Assembly (NCBI RefSeq): GCF_018350175.1
Contig: NC_058368.1
Span: forward strand, 100,380,001 to 100,444,000
Origin: Felis catus
Taxonomy: Eukaryota
Length of the DNA stretch: 64,000 bases
Reading direction: 5' to 3'
Below the pieces are notes generated by a model. It ran no database searches, was not told the DNA's origin, and saw only the letters and a program-made list of their open reading frames with translations. This document shows, piece by piece, positions 26,342 to 36,782 of this stretch. The translations under genes and the position numbers were made by a program. Each line of letters starts with the position of its first letter. Position 1 is the stretch's first letter.

Positions 26342-26830
26342 GGTCAGGGTGAAATCACAAGAAACAGAAACCACTCCAGAAATTTTACACAGAGGGAAAT
26401 TAAAATAGAGCATTAGTTACTTCATTGCTGGAAGGGCTGAAACCCTAACCTAAGCAAGATAAAACAGTCCTGTGATCAGCAAAGGCAGGGAAGCCACCAC
26501 CACTCCTAGGGCCGTAAGGGCAAAAGAAGGTGGTCTGTTACCACCTTCAACTGAGGGTGACCATTCCTTCTAGCACAATTGAGAATGATGCTAATGATGC
26601 TGCCTTGTAGGAGTTGATCACCTATAGGAGACACTGCCTATAGCAGGGCAATTGTGTGTGTGCCAGTGTGCATGTGTGTGTGTGTATGATATATAGATGT
26701 GTATAGGTATTTAGAGAGACAGACACTTACCATGTCCCTTCTCCCTGCCCTCTCATCTGCCCACGCCTGCGCTTGCCCAGACCTAACAGGAAGCCAGTCA
26801 GCTGGCAGAGGAGCTCAGGAAATAGTTATC
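26342..26830. mobile_element. Probable MaLR (MLT1-like) solo LTR relic
   Basis: GTCAGGGT...AGAAACAGAAACCACTCCAG start typical of old MLT1 LTRs; highly diverged. Confidence 0.45.
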
Positions 26831-28221
26831 CAAGAGAGTGGATCTGAGACCAAATAGGCAAGTGATTGCACTATTTATTGGCCAACAAAAAACCAGAGGT
26901 AGGGGTTTGGAGGTTTTGGGGTGATCACAAGAGGAGGAGGTTGTCTGCAGAGATATCAGCATAAGCCAACAACACCACAGGACATGGAGCAGCATAGAAT
27001 ATGCACAGAATCTCAGCATCATTAAAGTTTCCAGCATGAGTCAGAGGTTGGCAGGAGGGCCCCAAAATGGTTCCTTATGACTGATGGAAGAACTGGCCAT
27101 TTGCCCCATGGGCAGTGGGAAGACACTCAGGTATTTTCAATAGGCCATCTTTGTGTTTTAAGTCACTTGGACAGTTGTATAGATGCAGGGAATGATTTTG
27201 AAGAATGAAAAATGTACTAGTGTTTTGGCCTTTTGTCTTGTTCTTCTCTATTCATTCAAGCAAGAAACAATGAGAGGAAGCTGTAATAAGAAATGGTCAG
27301 AAGGATGGTAAGGATAAATAGTTACTTGATGGGATAAGTGAATGTCAGGTGAGGCAGAGAGAGGGGACAGGGATGATACCCAATCTCTAACCTTAGCCGA
27401 GCAGAGGATGATGGTCTCCCGAGTAAGGTTGTTGGAGTTGGAGGCCTGTGCGACATCCAAAGAGGGATATCAAGGAGCAGGAGGCTGTCTGTATATGTAG
27501 GGGTCAGTGGTTGAGTAGGAAGCAAACCAAGACTTTGGACCCACAGGGAGCAAAAATACTGGAGCCATAAAGGGCAAAGAGAAAAAATGTCAGACAGGTC
27601 CAGTGGTCATTGGATTTAGTATTTAGGAGCTGATCTTGTTCCAAATCATTTCCAGAGGAAAAAAGTAGAAACTCAACTGTGGTCAGTTAAAAAGAGAAGG
27701 AGACAGGACAGTGGCAACAGTCAAAGTAGATGCCTCTTTTGAGTTGTTTGGACGAGGGGGCGGGGGGAAAGATGGAACAGAATCCAAAGCCGAGATGAGT
27801 TTTGTTGTGCTAGAGAGGGGAGGATGTGTGTGGTCAGGTGCATACAGCCAGAGATGGGCTTTATCTTTAGAGGATTGAGTAGAGGTAGAGACCCAAGGTC
27901 TCAGGGCTGGAGTCAGGCCTGGGGAAGTTCCTAGAATTTTCCACAGCTGCTTGCCAAGGAACTGAGCCTATGTTGCAGAAACAGTGCATTCAGAAGTCCG
28001 GCCTTTGGCAAAGAGCCACATAGCACCTTCCACTTACAAGCAGAAAGCACCTCCTTGACTGTGTGATTTTAGGACATCAATACAAAACTAGCAGTTGTAA
28101 AACACTCTGCCACCTTCAGCCTGGGTTCACAATTTCATTGACACTATGATCACTCCTAGCTATATGTGTAAACAGAAATGCACATATGCATACTAACATA
28201 GGTGTGTGCACTTGTACATGT

Positions 28222-28260
28222 GCACACACACACACACACACACACACACAGCTATATATA
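28222..28260. repeat. (CA)n microsatellite with short (TA)n
   Basis: Visible directly. Confidence 0.9.
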
Positions 28261-28879
28261 TTTCATTGTTTCTTGGAAAATCCTTATTAGGAGCCTAAGA
28301 CTCAGAGCAGATATGCCTCGACAAAGCATTCACGATCCGTACGTGATTTAACCCAGGGCTTCTGACGTCAGATTCCTAGGCACAGCCTTTGTCATTCTCG
28401 TAGATTGGCCTAGAGAGTTTCAGATAGAGCGGCACTGGCCCTTCCACTCTACTTCCTGGTTGACCAGGCCTTTCAGCCTCAGACACCTGGGACCTCTTTT
28501 CTGGCACCTCTGGTGTTGAGGTGCTGAGTGGGTTTCCTGTGTCCCATAATCATCTTCTTATGGTGGGAGATCCTCTGCTCCCAGTGTTCCATACCCTGAT
28601 ATCATCCTTCTCCAGATTCTGCCCACGGAGCAGAATTCTATCCTGGGCTCTTGCTTTCTATATACAGTAAGGAAAGGCCGCTGGGGTCTTTACACTTACA
28701 GACTTTTCCATCAAGGCCTGGTTCTCAAGTTCTCTCATCTTCCCCTGCTACCAAATTTCTTCCAGCATTTGAATCCAGTGTTTCTCCTCATTCCAACTCA
28801 AGGCCCTGCCAACCCCCTGCTCTGTGGAGCCATGCAGTCCTTGGAGAATTCCTGATTCAGTTGCATATCAGCTGGAACC

Positions 28880-28995
28880 AACTGGGCAAGTTTCTCAGGG
28901 TTACTGAAGCTAATAATACCTTGTAGGTTATTGTGAGAATTTCAGGAGAAAACATGTGTGAAGGATCCAGCTCAGTGCCAGGCTTAATCAATCTT
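28880..28995 (+). mobile_element. MIR fragment
   Basis: AATAATACCTTGTAGGTTATTGTGAGAATT...CTCAGTGCCAGGC. Confidence 0.55.
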
Positions 28996-30289
28996 AGCTC
29001 CCTTTCCCCACCCCAGTGGCCCGGAGCTCTTATCCACATTTCCCAGCACTTAGCACACTAATATAATTAGCGACATTAATGTATCTAAAAGGCAATTACC
29101 ATTTAATTGCTCTGACCCCAACCAGCCTGAAGTTCCATTTCATTCACTTCTAATTTGGAGCGAGGGGTTTTTAGTCATACCCTGGCTGTTCACAAAATCA
29201 CTGCCTTATCGAGAATTGAAAATAACTTTAGGCAGCCATTGATTACAAGGTAAAAGATTTGGTAATTCTCTCCAGTTTGCTGTATATAAAAATGCAAATA
29301 TCAATTTGCTCCTGGCCAGTGAAGAAATCAGACAATTTTAGGCAGCAGCTTTCTGTGCCTTAGTGAATTATCCTGCTTGGTTAGATCAGCCCTGCCTTCC
29401 AGAAGGCATGCCCTTCCCAATATGCACTATACCAATCTTCGTTGAAATAAATTAGTGCCCTTGTATAGAATCAGACCTAGAATCAAGTTTCAGGCATCTC
29501 TTCTTAGAAGACATTTATTTATATTACATACTCAATTTAAAGGAATAAATGCCCTTCCCTCAGCCTGCAAAGTTTGTTTATCTTAGTGCTACTGTGAGAA
29601 CCTAACGTCCAAATGAAGGCAGCGTGTTTTTTTTTTTTTTCTCCTCCTTGGACCCAACCTTGCATAAAGTAACAGCAGTCTCTAATCAAGGGGAACTCGA
29701 AGTTCTTTGAGACTTTTGAATCCAAATCTTTAATATTAGAACTGCACATGTGCATTTGAGGAAACCTAGATTGCCCTCAGCCACACGGAAAACATTTACA
29801 TCTGAACCACTTTACGTGTGATTGGGAGTTAAAGTAAAATCTAAGTAACTTTAGCAGTTTGCGATTTGGAAAACAGCCTGGGCCGTATAAATTTCCCTTT
29901 AGTTCTTTTCTGTTAAATCTTATGCCAAAGTAAATGGAAGCCGTGGAGAACCTTTGAACTCCTCGGTTCTCAGATGACCTCAGTGCAGTTGGATTGGCAG
30001 AGCCCGTGTTCCATTTCCAAAGGAAGATTTTTTTCCTTCCCTCCTTGAAGTACACATGTGACAGTTACCTTCCTGGGCAGAGGACGCAGGAGTGCGGCCG
30101 GAGCCCTCCGTGCTCTGTGCCGTGTTCGTGCCGCTGCGAGATGGGCTTTGTGCTGTCAGAAGCTCACTGCCAAGGCTCTCTGGGATCCCCGGAGTTGACA
30201 CCCAGGCTTCTTAGCACCTCTGCTTCATGATTTCGGGCAGCTTTTTCCCTTCTCTTTCCCTTTTGGAAAGAGCTGTTGGAAGCAAGAGG

Positions 30290-30334
30290 TCTGGAGTGTG
30301 GAGCCTACTTAAGATTCTCTCTCTCCCTCTTCCC

Positions 30335-30378
<44 letters not shown>

Positions 30379-30398
30379 AAATAAAATAAAATAAAATA
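30290..30398 (+). mobile_element. 5'-truncated CanSINE
   Basis: GTGTGGAGCCTACTTAAGATTCTCTC, (CT)n and (AAAAT)n tail with no tRNA-like head. Confidence 0.8.
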
Positions 30399-31544
30399 GC
30401 CCTGCCCACAGGAACCCCTCTTGTCTCTGAATGTTTTATGCTTGGACTCATGATCACTTTCCTGTCTAATATTCATTTATTAATGATTAATAATTACTTA
30501 AATGTATCTTATAATGGTATAACATTTTATATGTGTGCATGTATTATATGTGCAATACAACATTATATATATATATAAAATGGATAAATTTTCATGAGTG
30601 CGTTCCTATGACTAGATCGTTTTTTGCCTCTTGAAGGTAGGACTATGACAGTGGGTGTTCATCCCCAGAGTTGAGCACCATGCTGGGAATGGGATGCATT
30701 GTCATTAGTGTGAGTGTCTCTCTTCAGCCCTACTGTGTGTAGTTGGCCAAGAAAAGTACTCTCCAGCAGTCAAGACAATAGTCACAAAAATTAATTTTAC
30801 TCTGCTTATATTTTAATGTATGTTTTTTCTCTAGTATAGAAATAACCCTAAAGGAAAAAAATGACTTCTGTTTTACCCTGTTGCCCTAATGCAAAGGAAC
30901 ATATTACATGTTTGCTAATCCTTTGAAAGACAATGTTTACATAACCCTTCATTTTTTTGAGGGAGGGTGGGGGAGGCTTATAAAACATTTTTTTGCCCTC
31001 AGCTCCAAGAAGTCAATGTTATTTGGCATAAATTGTTACTATTTGGCCTGTTTGAGAAATAGCATCACATACACAGTTTCTTTATGTATTATCCCAAAAT
31101 CAAATTTCAAATTACAATTACAGTCTCATAATTATATTTTGTCTGCTGTTTAGGGTGGTTCTTGCCTGCTCTACAAATTCATTCCAGGCGGTCATTGTGC
31201 CTTTGCTCAAATACGGTCTGGAGTGGGAGGGCTCACCCATGCTGGCAACAGCCTTTTTCTCTTTCAAGTAAGGCAGCAGGAACTGACGTGCAGAGTGTTT
31301 AAAGATCTTTATGGATGTCGAAGTATAAGCACCCATAACATGTATCATCGGAGGAGGGAAAAGACCCTTGTGGTCTGAAAAATGCATGACTTCGTATTAT
31401 AAACCTGAGGGAACTCTTCTCAAAAGCAGTTCTTTATAGGCTGTATATGTTGGGTATACTTATCGTAAACCATTAGGGGAAGATGGAGAATACTCAACAG
31501 AAAATCCATCCTCTGACAGCACAGGTGGAGAGACCAGGCCCACG

Positions 31545-31760
31545 AACCAGTGGTTTGGGAATCCATCATACCTGCCTTGGATTCCTGTCCCCGTTTTTCA
31601 GTAGCTTTGAGCAGTTTACTTTCCAGCCTGGTCTTTCTTCTGTTTCCTCATCAGTGAAACGAGAATGATACTAAGTATTAAATGAGATTATATTTATAAA
31701 GGAACACACCAACACAGTGTCTGGCTCAAGTCGGTATGAAGTGAACGGTAGCCAAAATGA
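31545..31760 (+). mobile_element. MIR
   Basis: TGTTTCCTCATCAGTGAAA...TATTAAATGAGAT...ACAGTGTCTGGC. Confidence 0.7.
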
Positions 31761-33099
31761 GCATTACTGTTGTGTTATTACCATTATTCTTTTTCATTAT
31801 TATTATTGTTACTAGTATCATGAGAAACGCCAGGGTACCTATTTGACTGACTACAGTTAACACTGAAGTAATAGATATTTAGGGAAGAGCAGCAATGTGG
31901 TGTGGGCACTCTTAGACGGCTGTGTGTCTGAATAGCCAACTAGAGATGGGGGTTTAGTAGGAAGTGTCAGCACCCCCAAGCGTCACCTCCCCTGGCGGAA
32001 GCTTTCTTACCTAACTGCTGCCATAAATCTCTTACATGTACCCTTCCTGAAAGAGCTAGTGTGTACCAAATACGGATCTTACTGTTACACAAAGTATCTG
32101 CGAATTTCATATCTCTCTGGTATATTTTGCTCAGGCCAGTGTTGTCCTAGTATAATGTAGATACAGAGAGTATGTAGTTCGCGTCCCTCACCAGAAGCTC
32201 TGATTTGTAGCATCTGATAATTTGCATGATGTGTAAATACTCTCTCTCCCTCTCCCAATGCCTAATGCCAAGCTCCCAACATGAAGCCACTGAACACAGA
32301 GTTGGGAAGAGGTGTGCATCCACAGTTGGTGAAGCCGAGGCAGGCCGGGTCCAGTACTCCTGAGGTAGCCCGAGGCATATGGAGCAACGGTATGGAGTGG
32401 AATGATTGGCAGCAGAATTTGAGTAAATACAGTCGAGGGAAAGTAGCTTGTCCCCAGAATGGAGCATTGTGATATATTTAGCCAACAGAATTCATCCAGA
32501 AAGTGAATTAATGCCAGATTACTTGAGCAGTGTGTTTCGGTGCCATTTTTCTGTCCTTGCTCTGTCACTCTCCAACCATACTTAGGACAGAAATTTTTTC
32601 CTAGCCTTCTGTGCTCAGGGTAGTGGGGAGGTCCCCTCATCACTTCCCAATTGTCAGAGTGTTTCTTTAATCAGTAGTTTAGAGATTTGGTCCTGGACGT
32701 AATGCCTGTGTTTCTAAAAGTGTCGTCTTCCCTCCCTGCCTTCCTCTCTTCCGTCTTTATTCCCTTCCCTACTTCCTTTGAGAGTATTTTCTGTCATCTC
32801 TTTTGTAATGTCAGCAACAACGCCATGAGGTCATCAGAATCAATAATCGTATTCCTGCTTTGTTAAAATGGTAAAGATGCTAGAAAACTGATGTGCTTCA
32901 TGAACGTGACTTGGTACCGTCACTGGTAACTTGTCATTTTCTTACTTGGAAATCCTCACTACTATTCAGATACGCTACCTCTTTGATTTGGAGAGGGTCA
33001 TTTCAATCTCTGGCCCCCTTTCCTTTGCTAACACGTATTTAATTTTCTTCTCTCCCGTGGTTGTTGAAAACTATACCACATCGTATCCAGGAAATTGCA

Positions 33100-33215
33100 T
33101 TACAGTAGCTATAAATAGATTTCTGAGAATTTTTAATTAGGTGGTGATACCTAGAACTTCTGCAATCTCATTATATCCCCGGAGATGATAAAACAAATTC
33201 CTCTTGGGAAGCTGT
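33100..33215 (+). promoter_or_regulatory. Candidate ancV1R promoter motif cluster (TATA/MEF2-like, homeodomain and O/E-EBF-like sites)
   Basis: CTATAAATAG 33109-33118; TTAATTAG ~33133-33140; CTCATTA 33167-33173 next to TCCCCGGAGA 33176-33185; TCCCAAGAGG on the minus strand within 33198-33210. Motif matches only. Confidence 0.45.
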
Positions 33216-33430
33216 TGTGTTTTCTGCCACCCATCGCTGGAGCAAGCCGGACTCTGTCACAGACCATCTCAGAATTGTCCGGATGATACTAGTTCGTGTT
33301 CTAACCTTAATCAGTTTTGTCAACATAGTGGATCAAAAAGCCCAGGTCTCCTCACTAAAAAGTCCTCCAAATGCCTAAGGACTTCAGCTTTGAGGAGGAG
33401 ACATTTGAGAGGACCAGGTTGCTATTTACC

Positions 33431-34402
33431 ATGAAGCCATCTGCGGACGTCCTTGAGATCACCGCTTGTGCCGTTCTGATCCTTGTCAGCGTTGTCGGAA
33501 ACGTGTGTTTATTTTTTTCTACAAGGAGATGTAGCCCTGGCCGGTTACAGACATCCCATCTTCTGATGTTCAGCCTTCTATTCGTCCACCTCGTTAAAAA
33601 CGCGGTGGTGAATGTCATGAAAATTGTTTATTCTTCTGGTTTCGTGTTGGATTCAGCTGGCTGCAGAGTCCTGCACTTCACGGCAAGCCTGACCACTTCC
33701 CTGGCCATCTGGTTCATGTTACACTTTGCCTTGTCCTACCACCGGAAGCTTTACCAGACTGTCCACCCCTCGAGTGAGGCTGCCAATCTGGAGAATCAGA
33801 AGCCTTCTTTGAAGGTGGTGTCCGTGCTTTGGGTGGCTGGTGTGGCAGTATACGTCCCCGTTTTGCTTTATACCAGAAAATCCGAACACCGGAGTGCAGG
33901 AAATGGTACAGACCCCTTGTCTCCCAACAGGATTTATGTGGATTGTCTCACAGACTTTGGAAACAAGCAGGTAGCCTTTTACTATGGGAAAGTATTTTTG
34001 GTTCTGATTGATACTCTTCCTTTAGCCACCTTAGTCTTTGTCTGCTTCTGGATGTCTTTCCTCCTCTTGGAAAGAAAGAAAATGACATATGGCGACATCT
34101 GGATTGGAGATGATGATTCAGAAACTGAAATCCTTAGAGGGGCCAAGTTCAGTATTTTATTAATGTGGCTGATCACTCCACTTTGGATTTCTCACTTTAT
34201 CTTAGTCTATTTCTTAAAAGACTTGGCAGCCTGTGTCTTTTTTCCAGCTGTTCTCACAGCACTCTCTTCAGGTTTCTCGGCTCTCAGTCCTTTCCCGCTT
34301 ATGTTGGTGAATTACAAAATGAAGTTGGTGTCCCTCTGTGGTCCCAAAGAGGAAGAGCCCACACCACAGCCTGCAAAGGTTACCCTTCCTCCATATGCTT
34401 AA
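33431..34402 (+). CDS. ancV1R: Intronless 7TM vomeronasal type-1-like receptor (ancient V1R), 323 aa from ATG 33431 or 343 aa from ATG 33371, nested in SNCAIP intron 1
   Basis: Longest ORF in the window, uninterrupted, with seven hydrophobic segments. Numbering from ATG 33371: GN in TM1, DSAGC with Cys98 at the top of TM3, NGT sequon (Asn178) and Cys192 in ECL2, E..RGAK..I before TM6, SPF in TM7, no DRY or NPxxY, very short N-terminus. ATG 33431 is in ACCATG context, whereas ATG 33371 has C at -3. Position in the SNCAIP first intron matches the reported ancV1R locus. Confidence 0.93.
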   Translation: MKPSADVLEITACAVLILVSVVGNVCLFFSTRRCSPGRLQTSHLLMFSLLFVHLVKNAVVNVMKIVYSSGFVLDSAGCRVLHFTASLTTSLAIWFMLHFALSYHRKLYQTVHPSSEAANLENQKPSLKVVSVLWVAGVAVYVPVLLYTRKSEHRSAGNGTDPLSPNRIYVDCLTDFGNKQVAFYYGKVFLVLIDTLPLATLVFVCFWMSFLLLERKKMTYGDIWIGDDDSETEILRGAKFSILLMWLITPLWISHFILVYFLKDLAACVFFPAVLTALSSGFSALSPFPLMLVNYKMKLVSLCGPKEEEPTPQPAKVTLPPYA

Positions 34403-34418
34403 TGGAAAAGAACTCAGT

Positions 34419-34611
34419 TGTTTTTTGTTTTTTGTTTTTATTACGTTTTTATTTTGATTCCAGTATAGTTAACGTATAGTGTTGTACTGCTTTCAGCTGT
34501 ACTGTGTAGTGATTCAGCATTCCATACATCACCCGGTGCTCATCACAAGTGCCGTCCTTAATCGCCATCATCTATTTCCCCCACCCACTTCCCCTCTGGT
34601 ATCCATCGGTT
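34419..34611 (-). mobile_element. Carnivore L1 extreme 3' end, directly after the ancV1R stop
   Basis: T-rich tail followed by TATAGTTAACGTATAGTGTT...CCATACATCACCCGGTGCTCATCACAAGTG. Confidence 0.8.
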
Positions 34612-34626
34612 TAAAACACTCGGTTT

Positions 34627-34826
34627 TGGGGCGCCTGGTTGGCTCAGTCCATTAGGCGTCTGAGGTTCATGATCTTACCGTTCGTGTGTTGGGGCTCCGC
34701 GTTGGGCTCTGTGCTCACAGAGCGGAACCTCCTTGGGATCCTTTTTCTCCCTCTTCCTGCCCCTCCCCCACTCTCTCTTACTCTCTGAAAATAAGTTAAA
34801 AAACATTTTTAAAAATCTTTAAAAAA
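34627..34826 (+). mobile_element. CanSINE
   Basis: TSD AAAACACTC(G/A)GTTTT. Confidence 0.9.
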
Positions 34827-35182
34827 GCTAAAACACTCAGTTTTAATAGCGGGGAAGCAGGCCCCAGTCCTAGAAGGTGCAGCCGAGGCTTCCCTAGCCC
34901 TCATCCTAGACAGTTTCTGCAAGGGGGCTTAAAGACCCCCTTCTCCCCGAAATCAGAGCTCTGAGGGAAATGGTAAAAAGATCCACAAACACTTACTTAT
35001 TAGAAGCTGAAGAAAAATAGGCATCCTGACATTTGTCCTTTGGGACAAGGCCAAGATTTTGAATATAGAAATTCTAGAGTGACTCAACAAAGAAACATAG
35101 TCTGGAAATAAACTCATTGTAACAATTAATATATAAAGTATGTACTCTCTGCAAGGTGTTGCATTCAAAAACAGCATACTGT

Positions 35183-35420
35183 TGGGGTGCCTGGGTGGCT
35201 CCTTTCGTTAAATGTCTAACTTTGGCTCAGGTCATGATCTCAAGGTTGGTGGGTTCGAGCCCTACATCAGGCTCTGTGCTGACATCTCAGAGCCTGGAGC
35301 CTGCTTCACATTCTGTGTCTCCCTCTCTCTCTGCCCCTCCCCTGCTCACACTCTGTCTCTCTCTCTCAAAAATAAATAAACGTTAAAAATGTTTTTAATA
35401 AAAAAAAACAAAAACAAAAA
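35183..35420 (+). mobile_element. CanSINE
   Basis: TSD-like AAAACAGCATACTGTT / AAAACGGCATATTATT. Confidence 0.92.
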
Positions 35421-36353
35421 CGGCATATTATTGACACTGAGGATGATACTTCCTACCGGAATTCCTGAAGGTGCTTGACAGTAATCTCGTGTTTTCATCT
35501 CGTGTTTTTCTTAACATGCTTTGCCACGTATTGAAAATCATTAGTTAAGCATGCAGCGTTCAGTTTTTGCACTTTTAGTCATAGTACCTCATCTCAGCAG
35601 GAAACAGACTGTGTTCATTTTCCTTTCTCTAAGTGTCTTTAGTAAATTAGGGATAGATGAAAGCATTGGATCAAAGAATTAGTGCTTGCCAAATCATAGT
35701 CTGCGTATATGCACAGACATGCAAATATTTGGTTGCTGAGCCTACCATGCTTGCTTAATACATATCAGAGAGTACTCTTCTTCTGGAAAAAAAAAAACAT
35801 TTATTTTATGGAGAGTTTATTTCCTCTTTTGGTTATTAAATTGGTACATTCTAATTGGAAGAAGTGATAAAATCTTCCCAATAATCTGATTTCTGGACTT
35901 GGAGTCAATAAAAATAAGCATATTATAAACACAATTAAAAATACATGGCCAGGATTTTATTTTTCGCAGTTAGCCAGGATAGCCATTTGGACTGCTTCAG
36001 ATTCAATGAGTAATTATTTTAAATATCTTCTAATGCATACATATTGTATAAGCATGGAACTTTACACTAATTCTCATTAGATTTTTACATTTTTTTCATT
36101 CTCCTCCTTTATTAGTAGACCTGGGATTTATAATACTGTAGTTCTAGTGACTGGATATCCCTATATTGAGATTCTTGCTCTAAAAAGGCTGCGTCTAAAA
36201 TTATAAACCTGGATCTCATTAACAGGAGAAACTTAGAACATCTTTGTGGCCATAAAGTGCTATGGAGAAGAGAAATTTTAAAGTAACCAAGGCCTAAATT
36301 TTGTAGAGTTTCATAGGCCGGCATCTGTCCCTTGTATAGCAGTGGGAATTAAA

Positions 36354-36355
<2 letters not shown>

Positions 36356-36392
<37 letters not shown>
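36356..36392. repeat. (CA)n microsatellite
   Basis: Visible directly. Confidence 0.95.
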
Positions 36393-36394
<2 letters not shown>

Positions 36395-36596
36395 CTTAAG
36401 ACCTCATAGTTTTCTGGGTGGTCTTCATGGGAAATGCTTACTGGAGTCCACCGAGGCGGTTTAATCAGAAGGGCACTCGGCATGGATCCTGTATAATGAA
36501 GTTAACATCTGTGGAGGTGGGGGAGTGGGGAAGAGGTCACCATCTTTTAATTAAGTGCAGATGTAGCCAGGGCTGGGATGAGCCATTGATCTTAGG

Positions 36597-36782
36597 TAGC
36601 AGTTCTCAAATGTGGTTCTGGGACCAGCAGAAGCAGCGTCGCCCAGGAACTTGTTAGAAATGTAAATTCCCAGGCCTCCCACCCAGGCCTTTTGAATCAG
36701 AAACTCTTGGGGCTGGATCCAGAAACCTGCTTTAATAAGCCTTCTAGATCATTCTCATGTGGGCTGAACTTTGAGAACACTG
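36597..36782 (+). mobile_element. MER5A hAT-Charlie MITE
   Basis: GTTCTCAAA...GGAACTTGTTAGAAATG...GAATCAGAAACTCT...TTTGAGAACACTG. Confidence 0.88.

Noticed and set aside
33431..34402. Interpreting the receptor ORF as a processed pseudogene or an entirely new GPCR family
   Set aside because: It has no disablements, no poly(A) tail or flanking TSD of its own, V1Rs are natively single-coding-exon, and the locus matches the published ancV1R.
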